Translations under genes and position numbers: made by a program
Shown: piece by piece, positions 39,701 through 52,344 of the stretch
How the letters are laid out: each line of letters starts with the position of its first letter
Position numbering within the stretch: position 1 is the stretch's first letter
Notes under the pieces: generated by a model
The model's database searches: none
Seen by the model: only the letters and a program-made list of their open reading frames with translations
Told to the model about the DNA's origin: nothing
Assembly: GCA_977016875.1 (NCBI GenBank)
Contig: CDRNST010000078.1
Coordinates: 5,270,169-5,334,000, forward strand
Reading direction: 5' to 3'
Source of the DNA: Pavona decussata
Lineage: Eukaryota
DNA: 63,832 nt

Positions 39701-42700
39701 CGCTGAGAAAGTTCCCCTCGCTGACCTCAGAAGAGCGGACGGCAAGGTTTGGTATATAATGCACCATGGCGTATATCATCACAAGAAGCCGGAGAAATTA
39801 AGAGTTGTTTTTGATTGCTTTGCTCAGTTCCGTGGAACTTCCCTAAACAGTGCGCTTTTCCAAGTTCCAGACTTAACCAATAACCTTGTAGGGGTGCTGA
39901 TTCGTTTCCGCCAGGATCAATTTGCAGTGATGGGAGACATTCAATCTATGTTTCATCAAGTGCGCGTCCCAGTAGCTGATCGCGATCTTCTTCGTTTCCT
40001 GTGGTGGCTCTCTGGTGACTTAAATCAAGAATTGACAGAGTACAGAATGACGGTACATTTGTTTGGTGCTGTCTCGTCTCCTAGTTGTGCGAACTTCGCA
40101 ATTCGCAAGAACGCTGAAGATCCGAAGCATGAATTTCCCTCCAATGTTGTCAATGCCGTTTTGAGAAATTTCTACGTTGACGACTGCCTTAAATCTTTAC
40201 CGTCAAGTAGTGCAGCGATTAAGCACGTGGATGACTTACGAAAGCTTATGTTGAGAGGAGGCTTCTGTTTGACGAAATGGGTTAGTAACGACCGGAAAGT
40301 CTTAGAGAAAATTCCAATTCACGAAAGAGTCAAAGATGTCAAAGGTTTGGACCTAGCCGAAGATGTACTTCCCACCGAGGGAGCCTTAGGCGTATCATGG
40401 TGCGTAGAGAACGACAAGTTTGGCTTCAAGGTCAACGTTAAGGAGCGACCGTGTACAAGGCGTGGAATACTATCTGTCGTCAGTTCGATATATGAGCCTT
40501 TAGGAATGGCTGTACGTATCATCTTACCCGCCAAACTAATTCTCCAAGATTTGTGTAGAAAGGGCCTTGCTTGGGACGATGAGATTCCTGACAATTACTC
40601 GTCTCCATGGCGTTCCTGGCTGCATGGGTTACCGAAGCTTTCCGAATTCTCAGTCCACAGACATGTCAAGCCCCCTGACTTTGGAAGAATTACTAGCAGC
40701 CAAATTCATCACTTTTGCGATGCCTCTCAGTCTGCGTATGGGGCAGTTTCTTATCTTCGCCTCATCAACTCGGATGGTCGAATTCATTGTTCTTTTCTCA
40801 TCGGGAAATCCTGCCTCGCTCCTCTGAAACAGACGACTATCCCCAGATTAGAATTAGCAGCTGCTACAGTATCGATTCGCCTGAACAAAATGTTGAAGAA
40901 AGAATTGGAAATGCCCATTGACACAATCACTTTCTGGACATTTAGCATGACTGTGATACGCTACATCGAGAACGACTCGAAGCGTTTCCATACTTATGTC
41001 GCCAACCGTGTCTCCGTTATCAGAGAAGATTCCAGTCCTTTACGGTGGAGGTACATAGATACCAAGTCTAATCCTGCTGATGACGCGTCAAGAGGAGTCA
41101 CTGCAGAGTCTTTTGTTCAGGGGCCGGCCTTCCTCTCAAGACCGGAGTCCGATTGGATGGCACATCCCCAAAATTCTGAAGAATTGTCAGAGGATGATCC
41201 CAAAGTTAAACGCGAGTCGTCTTCCTTTGCTGCCCAAGTCAGCGAAGCCTACGCGAGCCTTGTTTCTATTGTTGAGCGGTTCTCGTCTTGGTTCAGACTG
41301 CTAGAGTTTATCGCTCTGTGTCTTCGCTTCCAAAGAAGATTTTTTAAGAGAAAAGGAGAAGCCAGACAAGACTCCTATGGGTTTCCTAGAGAGTCCAAGT
41401 GCGAATTGCTCACACTTCCAGAGTTGGAGCTCGAGATTGCAGAACAAGAGTTCATCAACTTTAACCAGAAAATCGCTTTAGCTGAAGAAATAGAAGACTT
41501 AAAGAAAGGAAAGTCCGTCAAGAAATCAAGTGCGCTCGTTAAGTTAGATCCAATAATGGTCCAGGGCCTCCTCCGTAAAGGCGGACGATTGAGGATAGCT
41601 ACCCTGTCTGAGGATTCGAAGCATCAGATCATTATCCCGAGGGATTCTCATCTCGTTCGTCTCCTTGTTTTCCATTTTTATGAGAAAAGCGGTCATTCCG
41701 GAAGAGAATACGTCTTAGCCCTATTGCGTCAAAAGTTCTGGTTAATCCGCGCTAATTCCGTTGTAAGAAGCGTACTATCCTCCTGCTTTGGTTGCAAAAG
41801 GCGTAATGCCTCTCCTGGCGAACAAAAGATGGCAGATCTACCACCTGCAAGAGTCACCTCGGACCAGCCTCCCTTCACTTGCGTAGGAGTAGACTATTTT
41901 GGCCCGTTTCTTGCACGCCAAAAGAGGAGCCAAGTGAAGCGCTATGGAGTGATTTTCACCTGCTTAGCCCTACGAGCTGTTCACTTGGAAATATCCACTC
42001 ATTGGACACTGATTCCTTTATTCTCGCTCTGAGGCGTTTTATCGCCCGAAGAGGTCAAGTGAAAGAAATTCGCTCTGACAATGGTACAAACTTCGTTGGA
42101 GGCGAAAAGGAACTCCGTGTTATGATCGAAAGCTGGAACCAGGCTGCGATCCACCAAAGTCTTCTCCAGAAAGGAATTACGTGGATCTTCAATCCGCCAT
42201 CAGCCTCTCACCATGGTGGTGTGTGGGAAAGGCTAATAAGATCGACCCGAAAGATTATTGGTGGCTTAGTGAAGGAACAGAACCTCGATGATGAAAGCCT
42301 CCAGACCCTGATGTGTGAAGCAGAAAGTATCATCAATAGAAGATCTTTAACGACAGTCTCAAATGATCCAAGATATTTGGAACCTCTTCCACCAAATCAT
42401 TTGCTTCTTCTTCGTCAAGACACGTCTCTTTCCCCTGGTATTTTTGAGAAAAACGACACCCTATCAAGAAGAAGATGGCGACAGGTACAATATTTGGCGG
42501 ACGTTTTTGGAAACGTTGGAAAAAAAAAATTCTGCCTCTGCTACAACAACGACAGAAGAGGTTCAAACCTGAAAGAAATTTTGCAATTGGGGATATCGTT
42601 ATCGTCGTTGATGAATCTACACCCAGGAATATGTGGCCGATTGGTCGTATCACAGAAGTTTTTCCCGACATGCAACAGTTGGTCCGTCGTGTGAAAGTTC

Positions 42701-42783
42701 GGACGAAGAATTCAACTTTACTTCGACCCATCTCCAAGCTACGCCTTTTGGAATCTTGTGAACATTCGGAAGGAACACTTTAA
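36752..42783 (+). pseudogene. BEL/Pao gag-pol polyprotein (longest open part 37551-42032)
   Basis: Three zinc knuckles (CLFC..H....C, CLAC...H....C, CHRC...H....H); protease LVNGS; RT FGAVSSP and YVDD; RNase H FCDAS, IPRLEL; integrase DYFGP, SDNGTNF, GGVWERL. Stop at 36941 and frameshifts near 37170, 41990 and 42510. Confidence 0.93.
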
Positions 42784-42959
42784 TTGAATAGAAAGTCAAT
42801 TCTTTTCCAAATCTACCGCGTATATGACATTTTTTTTCCCAGTCTTAGAGATTTAAAGAGACATTTAATTCTTTAGTGTTAGTTTATCTATTAGTTACAT
42901 GCGCCTTATAATGTTTCACATATATGTAAACGCAAAGTTTCCGCCTTTAGGGGCCGGAA

Positions 42960-43474
42960 TGTAGACGCAAAAATTTAGATTTTTGTTGTGTTGTATGTCG
43001 GCGTTACGTATTTTTTAGGTCATTAGCGTTCTTGTTTTTTCGTTCCTCGTTTATTAGTTTTTTCACTCCGTTGCCCTTTGTACTTAGTTTCTCGTTCATT
43101 AGTCTTCTTTGTTTTCTTAGGTTGTTTTCGTGCTCGCTAGTTTTATTTTGCATAATGCTATATATATAGGTTACTTGTTAGTTTTATTTTGCTGCTCATA
43201 TTGCGTAAGTCGTTCTAGTTCTAGTTAAGTTCAGTTTCGTTTTAAGTCTAGCTTCTAAGTCAAGTTCCAAGTTCTAAGTGTGTTTCTTGTCGTCACATTC
43301 GTCTTGTAAGTATTCGTCGTTTATTTCGCTTGTCGTTTTCTATTCGCATTGTCGTTTCATTTTCATTGTTAATTTATTTATGTCTGTTATTTTATGTTAT
43401 TTTCAGTTACCTTACCTTACCTTTCATACTTGCTTTGGTCAATTAATTGTTTGGTTAACGCGTTTGCGACGACA
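42960..43474 (+). repeat. 3' LTR
   Basis: TGTAGACG...GCGACGACA, following the polypurine tract. Confidence 0.93.
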
Positions 43475-44229
43475 GTTGTATTTATGGAAATAATAAATGA
43501 GTTGAAAAGGGACAGGACAAAAATATAAGATAAGGCAGGGAGGTAAAATGTTGAGATATAGCTTGCAATAACTGAGATGGCGGCCTGGGAGTGTCTGATT
43601 GTTTTCTTAATTTATTTGTTTATTTTTTTTTTATTTTAGCCTGAGTAGAAAAGCAGGGAAGCTCGTGGAACCCAGTGATGCTAATTGAGCGCATTTTGTC
43701 ACATTTACACGAACACAAGGAACCTGAATATGTTTGAATCAACTGTACCCAGAGATCTTTGTCCAGATAATCCTTAAATGTTTCGTTATGGAGGACTTCA
43801 ATAAAATATGCTCAATCTCTCAAACCTTGAACGGTTCGGCTTTGTTTAAAGCAAACTTATTCCGCACGAAGTCAAGCTACACTATTTGATCTCATACATA
43901 TGTAACAGCCGCTGATCTACGTTTAAGAGATCGAGAAAAAATATTAAATACGTAGTTTCGGTGAGGATAACGCAACTTTCGCTTTTCGTCTGCTCACCTT
44001 TGATTATATTACCTTTTTTGAAAGGCTACTTACATAGCATTAGTTTTATAAAGAGGTAATAACGTTTACCATGCGGAAATGCAGAATCGAGTGATATTTG
44101 AGTGGCAACGGAGAAAACTGAAAGGTGTGAGTAGCAATGGAGGGACCTTAGGAGGGGTTTCCTTCCGCGTTTCTTGCAGCGTCGTCGCTCGCTTCTTAAA
44201 GAGTCCACCGTTTTGTGTTCCGGCATAAT

Positions 44230-45540
44230 ATGCTCCATTATTTCGAAAAAAAATACAACTGCTTATAGTGTAGCTTTTTGTGGTATGCGGGTTTTACTTA
44301 AGTGTAATTTTGCAACGCAATTATTCTTTGTGGAACCCCAGTAAAATTTGAACAGTTTTTGATTGGGAAAGCAAAATCGAAGCAGTTTTGTGGCTCCAAG
44401 GGGGGCTCTTAACGAGGACAACACTGAAATGTTTTTTCCCTTGCTCGTAGATAGTTGTGTGGCCTGTTAAGGACATTTTTGTATAAGCTAATACATTTTC
44501 GTCTGTTCAAATGCTTTACTGAAAACTTAATGTATCCGAGCGAATGGTGTAAACACCATAAATATTACGTGACGTGGAGGCCATGGTAGTTGTTACATCG
44601 CATTTGATGCCAAAGGTTTTCATTTCACTTTTCATGACTCTCGAAATACACCTTACCAACATGTTAAAGAAGCGACGGCAATTGGGGTTGCTCCGCCATG
44701 CTTTTAAACGTCATGGCATAACATGATAAGGGTAGACAATAGTAAAATGGTGCCAAGACACTTGTTGATCAAAAAAAGACTGAACACTTTTCCCCAGATG
44801 AGTACCCGTATGTAAGGAACGCTTGATAAGACCTATTGAATGCATCTATTTTTGGTCATCATATACTTCATGTATACATGTTGTACTGATAGGAAGCACC
44901 AAGGTAGCCCATAGGATAGCGCCCAATTGTTCTCTTTAAACTCGCACACTTTCCACTCCTTTTTTTTTTCTTGTTTGGAGCATCAGCGGCACCGACTCCA
45001 AACGTTAAATATTCACCACACAATGTAAGTGAAGTTTATTTGTGTAGCTCAGCTTAGCGCAAGTTTGGATCGAAAGGTGCAAATTTTTGAATTGTATAGA
45101 GTGTTGTGTACGATTGCTTGAATCAAACGGATATAGGCGGTCATTGCAAATTGATAAGATCAATAGCTTAATTAGCGTGACATCGTGCAATCTCAAACAG
45201 ATCAGATTGACTGGATGTGGTTACAACAAAGCCGAACTGGTCAATGTAACTTTAGCAGATTTAGCAGATTTCCTTAAAATTTCTTTCCTAAAAAAATGGA
45301 TAGCCAAGAAAACAGGCAGGCTTTGTGGCAAGCATCACTGAGTTTCAAAAGGTTTGCACGCTTTTATCTTCAGGCTGAAAGGAGGGTAAAAGCCATCTTG
45401 GTTCTTGCCAAGCAGCGTCGTACCACTTAGCTTCCGGTTTTTTGCTCCCTTTAATTTTGATTCCAACGCAGATATCATTGTTTCTTTCCATAAATACGAA
45501 ATAATAAAAAAAAGATTTTTGAATTTACAGCCTTGATACT
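44230..45540 (+). repeat. Segmental repeat, blocks D-E (diverged copy)
   Basis: Matches 27350-28620 and then 23225-23520 (ACAAAGCCGAAC, GCAAGCATCACTGAG, TTTGAATTTACAG.CTTGATACT). Confidence 0.75.
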
Positions 45541-47798
45541 ACTATTTATAAGGTCAATCCATCATAAGTGTTTTATTTGTAAAATGATGCCTGTAATTTT
45601 CCGCCAATCAACTGTTCATTTGAATTTTTTTATTGTATTTAAAATGCCAATTTAAAATTTAAGATTAGCTATTTTTCAGATCATTCTCTAAACTTATTTT
45701 TGTCTGAAAACTAAAGAGGACCTTTTTTCACGTTCCGCTTAAATTGAGGACTTGATTTTTGAATTGCTGTAGATTTCCTTTCAAAGCTTCGTCGTTGAAA
45801 GGAGGAAATGGAAAAGATGTTATTTTTTTCGAATCTATGTTGGTAAATGGAAGGTTTTACGGTTCATACACAGTCGGGGGATGCCATCCCAGGTAAGAGT
45901 TGACGGGTAATGGCAAAAACAAAAATCCAAGAAAAAGAAAAGTAAAACTTCGTCACAGGCGTGCTTTAGCAGTTTCTTTGGGGTGAGACGAAAATAGCTG
46001 AAAAACGGTCATAAGAAAATGACTGCCGTTATCGTCGGAAATTGCGGAAAACATCCTAAAAGGAAAATAATCTCATTCATCAGTGATTAAAAAGTATAGT
46101 CCTCGCTACATCTTTTGATCAATACTGTTACGGGGGATTTCACAAGTTTGCACGGAATTAGGAACTTAATATTTCGCACAGAATTTTGTTCGTAGCACAA
46201 ACAAATAATAAGCCTGCAGAAGAAAATAATGGGCTATTCATTACAGGTTGATTGTCCGTAATTAAACCATATTTAATCTTAAAAAAGAAAGGAGTTTGGT
46301 CTTCTTGCAAATATTTATTCGCTTTCGCTGCAAGAAGTTAGTTTGCTTTAAGATATTCGCTGCATGATTCTTGTTCTCTGTAACTTTAGAAAACAACTTG
46401 TAAAGCTAAATTAGCATTTCTTTTGTGCCTTGAGGATTTGGAAGTATTGTACTAAACTTAAGCCAACAATTACTTTCTTTAATTCGTTAAGTTTAAAATT
46501 ACTTTTTATTGGAGCTCGTTTCGATTACTTTAGAAGTAGATAGCTTCTATACGATTAATTTACAGCTAGCATATTCAGCTGTCCTGTTATTTCCTAGTCG
46601 AATTGGTTCTCGTTGGAGGTATAGATGTACTTAATGAAAAGTTCTCGTTATCTCCAGAACAGTGTACTCGCAACTGTTCGTTAGTCGTAGGATTCATCAA
46701 GATTTCCTGGTTGTAATGTTGTGTATTCAGAAAGGCGTTTGCCGCTGGAATTAGTATCCAAGCTGGATCCACAATCTTGAGGACAAAGTGACAATTTTAA
46801 TTTAGTTCGCTATATCTACAAAGACTGTTGTTCCTCTCTTAATGGTTTTTCATTTAGTTGTATTGACACGCGTATAGCACCTTGTAAAAAACAATTAATG
46901 TACAAGCGCATAAAAGCCCCTGTTGTACAATGTTTCTTCGAATTACAAGTGAGTCAGAATAAAGCTCTGTTGGACCATTTTCTCGGTCTGTTGCTGAGGT
47001 TCTGTCCAGTTCGTGGTTTAGATCTTTGGTACCACCTTGAGAAGTGACAGTCTCTTCCTACGAGCGAGTGCTCCCATTTGACTGAAATTTCCCCGTGCGT
47101 TTCTGTTAAGCCTTCGTAGCAGTTTCCGTGTATTTCCCGCAAAAGTTGTAAAAATCTACTGACACAATATCCTTGAAGTATCGCCATGCGTCTAACAGCG
47201 GTCATTCTGCGTACCAATTGAGCTGTACCAATTCACAAATTTACGCCTCTAAATGGTAGGACGATCACCCCCGGCATTTTTATGCTTTTAGAGTGGAGTA
47301 TTCCGTGACGATAAAAGTGTTTGTAAACATATTTGACCATTCTTGATGAGCCTTTATTGTTTGGAAAATGCCAACTCGTCTTCAAATTTGATCAGTCACA
47401 AGGTCTAACAATACGTTTCAAGCAGGCGAGGATATGATTTGATTTCAAAATCAATGCAGTTCATTCTGTCAGGGCTGGTCTTTAAACAACTCAATTAACT
47501 TTCCACGTTGTCTGGCAAAACTAAAACTTTTCTGTATTCTTAACATAAAAAAAAGATGACTAATGAACGATTTCGAGCCGCCTTTCTATTATTATTTTAA
47601 TTAATTAATTAATTAATTAATTAGTTAATTAGTTAAACCTACCCGTGTAGTATTGGATTCAGGGTTTCTTTTTGCAACTGCTTAAGTTGCGTAAATAGCT
47701 GCGAGAGTCTGTTCTATTTAGACTCTTAATTTAGTTGGTAAGTTATTCCAACAGATGACTACAATATTTCATGTGATCCCATTTTCCCACCTACTTAC

Positions 47799-47870
47799 AG
47801 ATGTTTAAGGGCTTCCATATGACGGAAAGTTCCCAGAGGTAAATCCTTGATCCCAGTGTCACGTAAAATC
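47799..47870 (-). CDS. 72-bp leucine-rich-repeat exon of the CUB-LRR gene
   Basis: cag|G ATT TTA ... CAT CT|gtaagt, phase 2-2; (L)ILRDTGIKDLPLGTFRHMEALKH(L), a 24-aa extracellular-type LRR. Confidence 0.85.
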
Positions 47871-48145
47871 CTGTTCAAGATTAAGCCAAATTTCCACATA
47901 AAAACGGCGTTTCATAAATAACCTAAGTCATGTTATATCAATGGAGTCTCCATGGAAAATCAAAGCTAGATATTTAATAGGCAATTTGGTAATTAAGGCT
48001 AGAATTGAAGAATTTAAGTCCTGAAATTTATTGAGTGCAGTTAAATTTCTCTCAGGAGAACTTTAAATAGATTCACTTTACATACAAATTAACTGTTAAC
48101 AGCTAATAAGAAGATGTTCATTCGACGAGAAAAGAGAAATCGTAC

Positions 48146-48275
48146 AGCTTTGTAGCAGTTGTTGGAAGGCACTTGAGGAAGTCGGGCGTCAATCGTGTCT
48201 CCGTGCAGTCATATATATTCTCAACTTGGTATCCTTGTCTGTCTCCATAGGAACTGATGCAGTAATTATTGCAAT
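48146..48275 (-). CDS. LRR N-terminal cap exon of the CUB-LRR gene
   Basis: ttccag|AT ... CT|gtacga, phase 1-2, open; CNNYCISSYGDRQGYQVENIYDCTETRLTPDFLKCLPTTATKL fits the C..C...DC....L......LP.....L cap and joins the LRR exon in frame. Confidence 0.8.
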
Positions 48276-48738
48276 CTGGAAGATTAAAAGTTAACGATAT
48301 GCTAATTAGCTCTAATTCATGTATTGGGTTCGCCCTGTGGATTATTGGATCAGATGCTGGATCATTTCAAAAGTTATTAACATTGCAGATATCGAAAGAA
48401 AAAAAAAATCTTCATATCTTCTGCTAAAACGTCATATGACAGCAATTTGATTTAACTTACTACTACTGTAAATTTAGTTCTCTGAACTTGTATTTTCCCT
48501 TTTTTTGCTTTCTTCTTTCGTCAACGAAAGTTTATCATTTTTACCTATACTGCTCTACTTTCGCAGTGTTTGCTTATCAGGAGGGATTGCTTTCAATTCA
48601 ATGGAGACGCTCTTGTAAGGTATTTTAAGATAGAGAAAACAGAGCTGTCGCTTTCAAGTTGGCTGCCGATTGGAAAACATGACGTGTTTCCAAATTTCAA
48701 ATGACATTATTATTATTATTATTATTGTTATTATTATT

Positions 48739-49972
48739 AGGCGCGCGCGCAAAGCCCTATAGCTAAGAGATTTTGGTAAACCCGTGAGGGCGAGAAATTT
48801 TGGGTTGGTTATGACGTCACTTCCGTGCGACCGACGACCGAATGTAAGTACGTTCGCTCCATCATGTAATCCAAAGTAAAATGAAACAGTTAAACCCTGT
48901 GCTGCAACCTGGGTTTCTTTCGATAGGAAGTGGGATGGCCAACTTCTTTCAGAAAAAGAAACGAGAATTTCGAAGAAAACTAATTGTTGTATTCGTTAAA
49001 TATTTCGACAAACGACATATGTCGAGAAAGCAGGAGACTAATAAGGAAATTTGAGACCCGAAAGCAACTGAGTGGGCGAACAAACAGGGGAAATGTCAGT
49101 TGAAAACAAACATGCGGGGAGTAAGCAACTCGCAAGTCGCTTAGAAATTAAATACAATTTTGGAGACAATTGTCGGTAATTTTCCATGTTTAACATATTT
49201 TCCAAACTAAACACAAATACTTAAGTCGTTGCCATTCGACAAATATTCGTGGATAAATTATCTTTTAACATACACAGAGCTATTTACCGTGACGAATTGT
49301 TTTGAACATTTTGTGTTGTACTTAATATGTATTACAAATGTATTCGCAGCGCACATTAGTAAACACACAACCAAACATTAATTTCTCTTGTATTCTTTTT
49401 TTAGTAACATTTACTTAAGGACTAGAATTATTTCTGAAGGAGAAATATTCGCAGAGTTATAAATTGTCTTTAACATTTTGCGTTGCACTTGTGTAATTCG
49501 TTCGCCTTTTGCATCGTATATTAGTAAACACGCTCTAATTTTAAGCGCTCACTGAAATATTTTGAGCCACAACCAAACAATTTTTTTTTCTGCATTTTCC
49601 TTCTATTTCTATATTCCCAGAGTTATAAATTGTTTGGAATATTTTGTGTTGGACTTGTGTAATTCATTCGCCATTCGCAGCGCATATTTGCAAACACGCT
49701 CTAATTTTAAGCGCTTAATGACATATTTCGGACCACTATCAAACATTATTTTTCCTATATTCTCCTTTTGTTAACGTTTACTTAGAGACTAGAACTATTT
49801 CTGTAGGAGACATAGTTATGAATTGTTTTGAACATTTTGTGTTGGACTTGTGTAATTCATTCGCCATTCGCGGCGCATATTTGTAAACACGCAGACTTGC
49901 ATATATATATAAATCCTATTAAAAAGAAATAGTAGAGCTCCGCTTTTAGGCTGGGTTAAATATATTTAGTAT
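48739..49972 (+). mobile_element. DINE-1/Helentron-like non-autonomous element with approx. 180-bp internal tandem repeats; related sequence continues at about 50020-50630, with another end motif at about 52015-52058
   Basis: GCGCGCGCGC start, GGTTATGACGTCAC followed by GACC/GTCC microsatellite, tandem AATTGTTTTGAACATTTTGTGTTG units, end GAGCTCCGCTTTTAGGCT.GG.TAAA. Confidence 0.55.
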
Positions 49973-51068
49973 AATTACTCACGTGATTAAAATAAATTTA
50001 AAAAAAATTGGGAAACTCATTAATGAGAAAAATTTTGCTTTGGTTATGACGTCACGTCCGTCCGCCCGACCGTCCGTACGCAATCCCACAATGCTAATGC
50101 GCCCGTGTTTGTTTTGCGGAAAGTTGCATGGCGAGATGCGTTTACAACAGAAATCCTACAGAACACAAAATACAAAGTCAATTCATATGTATTTATTGGA
50201 TATGGTGACAAACGTGGAGAGAAGAGAAAGAAAGAGAAAAAGAAAACAAGAAAAGCGGAGACGATTAAGCAAAGTTCAACGTGAAAGAGAGCGACGGATA
50301 GCAAGTTAGAGTAGGCTAGCAGTAAAAAGTAAGTTTAAAAGCCTCACATTTGCCCATATCACCAGTTCGTGATCAGTTATGATAACTTGTAGAACTCTTA
50401 AATAGCTTAGCATAGACGCTTTATTCGCTTTGGATACCATCAATATTCGAAAGAGATTAATTAAAAAAAAAAAAAAAAAAATTGTTCCGTGGCCGTGTTT
50501 TTTCATTCGCACCGCAAGACTTTTATGTGTTTACAAAAGTTTCAAAGCTCTGAAATATTCTACCAAACACCAAAAAGTATTTTTTGTATTCTCCTTTTCT
50601 CAACGTATATTTAGAGACTAGATTTGTTACCAATTAGGAGCAGAATTGACACAGTTTTGAGTTTCCGAACATTTTTTAATATGTCTGGGAACCCTGTTAA
50701 GCAACGACGACGGCAGCAACAACGCTGCAAAAAAATCGCTCCGAACGAGCATTTTAAATTTTGGTAGATTTTTTTGCCGTCCTCCGCAAGTCTACAACGC
50801 AACGTGAAATGACCTAATTTAAGGTTTTGAGGAGAACATGTGCAAACGACGGTGAATTTTTCTCTGTTAACTTGAACTCAACTCCTACTAATTTAGGCAA
50901 CTTGCTAACCGCTTATCTAAGTCTAATGCGTTTCCGCGCAATAATCAATAATTTTGCCTTATTAATGTGTTTCAACCTTTACAAATATACTTCAATCGTT
51001 TCGACAGAACAAATATTCGTCCAAAAACTAATTTTTAAACACTTTGTTTAGGTTAGTTTTGTTCGTAC

Positions 51069-51183
51069 CGCATGGCTCTCGTTGAGATCTGTGCCAAGCA
51101 ACCAAGAGTGATTTCCCCGTGTTCTCCTCTTGTTGAGGTTTGTTTAGATTTTAGTAGCAGCAATATTGACTGAGTTGTAAATT
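51069..51183 (-). CDS. Candidate exon, possibly the first half of an Ig-like domain
   Basis: Pyrimidine tract plus tag|AA ... CG|gtacga, phase 1-2, open; EFTTQSILLLLKSKQTSTRGEHGEITLGCLAQISTRAMR. No intact phase 2-1 partner exon was found. Confidence 0.45.
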
Positions 51184-52137
51184 CTACACATGTAATAAAA
51201 AAAAGAATATAAGTTTAATTCAGGAGTAAACTGATAATAATAAAACTTAATGTCAAGCATCAATTAATTGTTCACCTGCGCTGTAAAGCTTCCTACCGCT
51301 TGAAAATCCGCGAAAATAGATCGATAAAAATAGCAAACGGTGGATCTAATAAAAAAGAACTTTACGGAGTAATTTCTTCCACCGAATTTGACCTGCTCCT
51401 TCCTCCCATCAAAAGGGCACTGTTATGCTCGGTTATCATTCGTTGAAAGAAGTAGTAGCGAGGTGAAAGCTCTTAGTCGCCATGACTGATTTCAGTTTCT
51501 CAGCTAAACAAATGTCAATCCGATCCAAGTTTTTAGTTTTGATCGAAAAATCGGTTGCCTTTTCTTGTAAGAGACACGAAAACTTAACATTTAGGAATTT
51601 CCTTAGTCTAAATGCAGCACTTGATTTCCATGTATTTGTGGTACAAAAAAACCTGGCTTAAACAGTCCAACTCCAAAGAACTTGGAAGAACTCGTTGTTC
51701 TTGGACACAAAATGAAGAATTCAATGAAATGTAGAACTGACCTGCTCAGCCAATGAGGAGCGAGTATTTTCGCCGCTCGACCAATCAGGAGTAAGTAATT
51801 TTGCCCTCGGGGAAAGGAAAGTTGAGAAAAATTGCCCTCTGTTAAAACAAATCAGCATAAAAAAAAAATTCCCTTTGTGCTACATTGTTATTATTTTTTT
51901 AAGCAGTTTGCTGCATATGCACAAAGAATGGGTATGACTGCAGAAGGGATGAGGAACTGACATTAAGGTTATTACGTTCATACGCTGACCAGATTTCTAT
52001 AAATGCTATGAAAAATATTGGAGCTCCCCTTTTAGGCTTGGCTAAAAATATTTTTATTAGTAGGATATAAAGCAATCCTCGACCAATCAGATGAACGGAA
52101 TCCCTATAATCAACTGAGTAATTATACCAAACTGGAT

Positions 52138-52240
52138 ATATTTAACTATTATTCCGCAAGCGCGCGTTTGAGATAAGATGACAGCGTATAATCATCTCAT
52201 ATCCAAAACGCGCGGGTGGAATAATTGTTTTATTAAAAAC
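52138..52240. mobile_element. Hairpin element, same family as 9076-9395
   Basis: AACTATTATTCCGCAAGCGCGCGTTTG..GATG / CATCTCATATCCAAAACGCGCGGGTGGAATAATTGTT; central loop deleted. Confidence 0.7.
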
Positions 52241-52344
52241 CAATCGAGAGATATTTCTAGATCTTGATTATTTACGAGGCTGGGGCTTTGAAACACATGG
52301 AAATTGTGGGGTAAAATGACTACTCATTAGTATACTCTATATAG

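Larger units (their letters stand above)
36208..43474 (+). mobile_element. Full-length BEL/Pao LTR retrotransposon, inactivated
   Basis: Two TG..CA LTRs; 5-bp TSD GTTGT (36203-36207, 43475-43479); polypurine tract AGGGGCCGGAA at 42949-42959; domain order gag-PR-RT-RH-IN. Confidence 0.96.

Noticed and set aside
38129-40594. Antisense ORFs within the BEL element, and similar ones within the LINE and Tc1 element
   Set aside because: Shadow frames of the real coding strand, with no motifs.
48545-48690. Second half of the putative Ig domain
   Set aside because: It has a phase-1 donor but in-frame stops, no clear acceptor and no Y-x-C motif; at most a decayed exon.
49290-49890. Regular repeats considered as a CRISPR-like array
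   Set aside because: The units are whole tandem copies without unique spacers, in a eukaryotic TE context with no cas genes.
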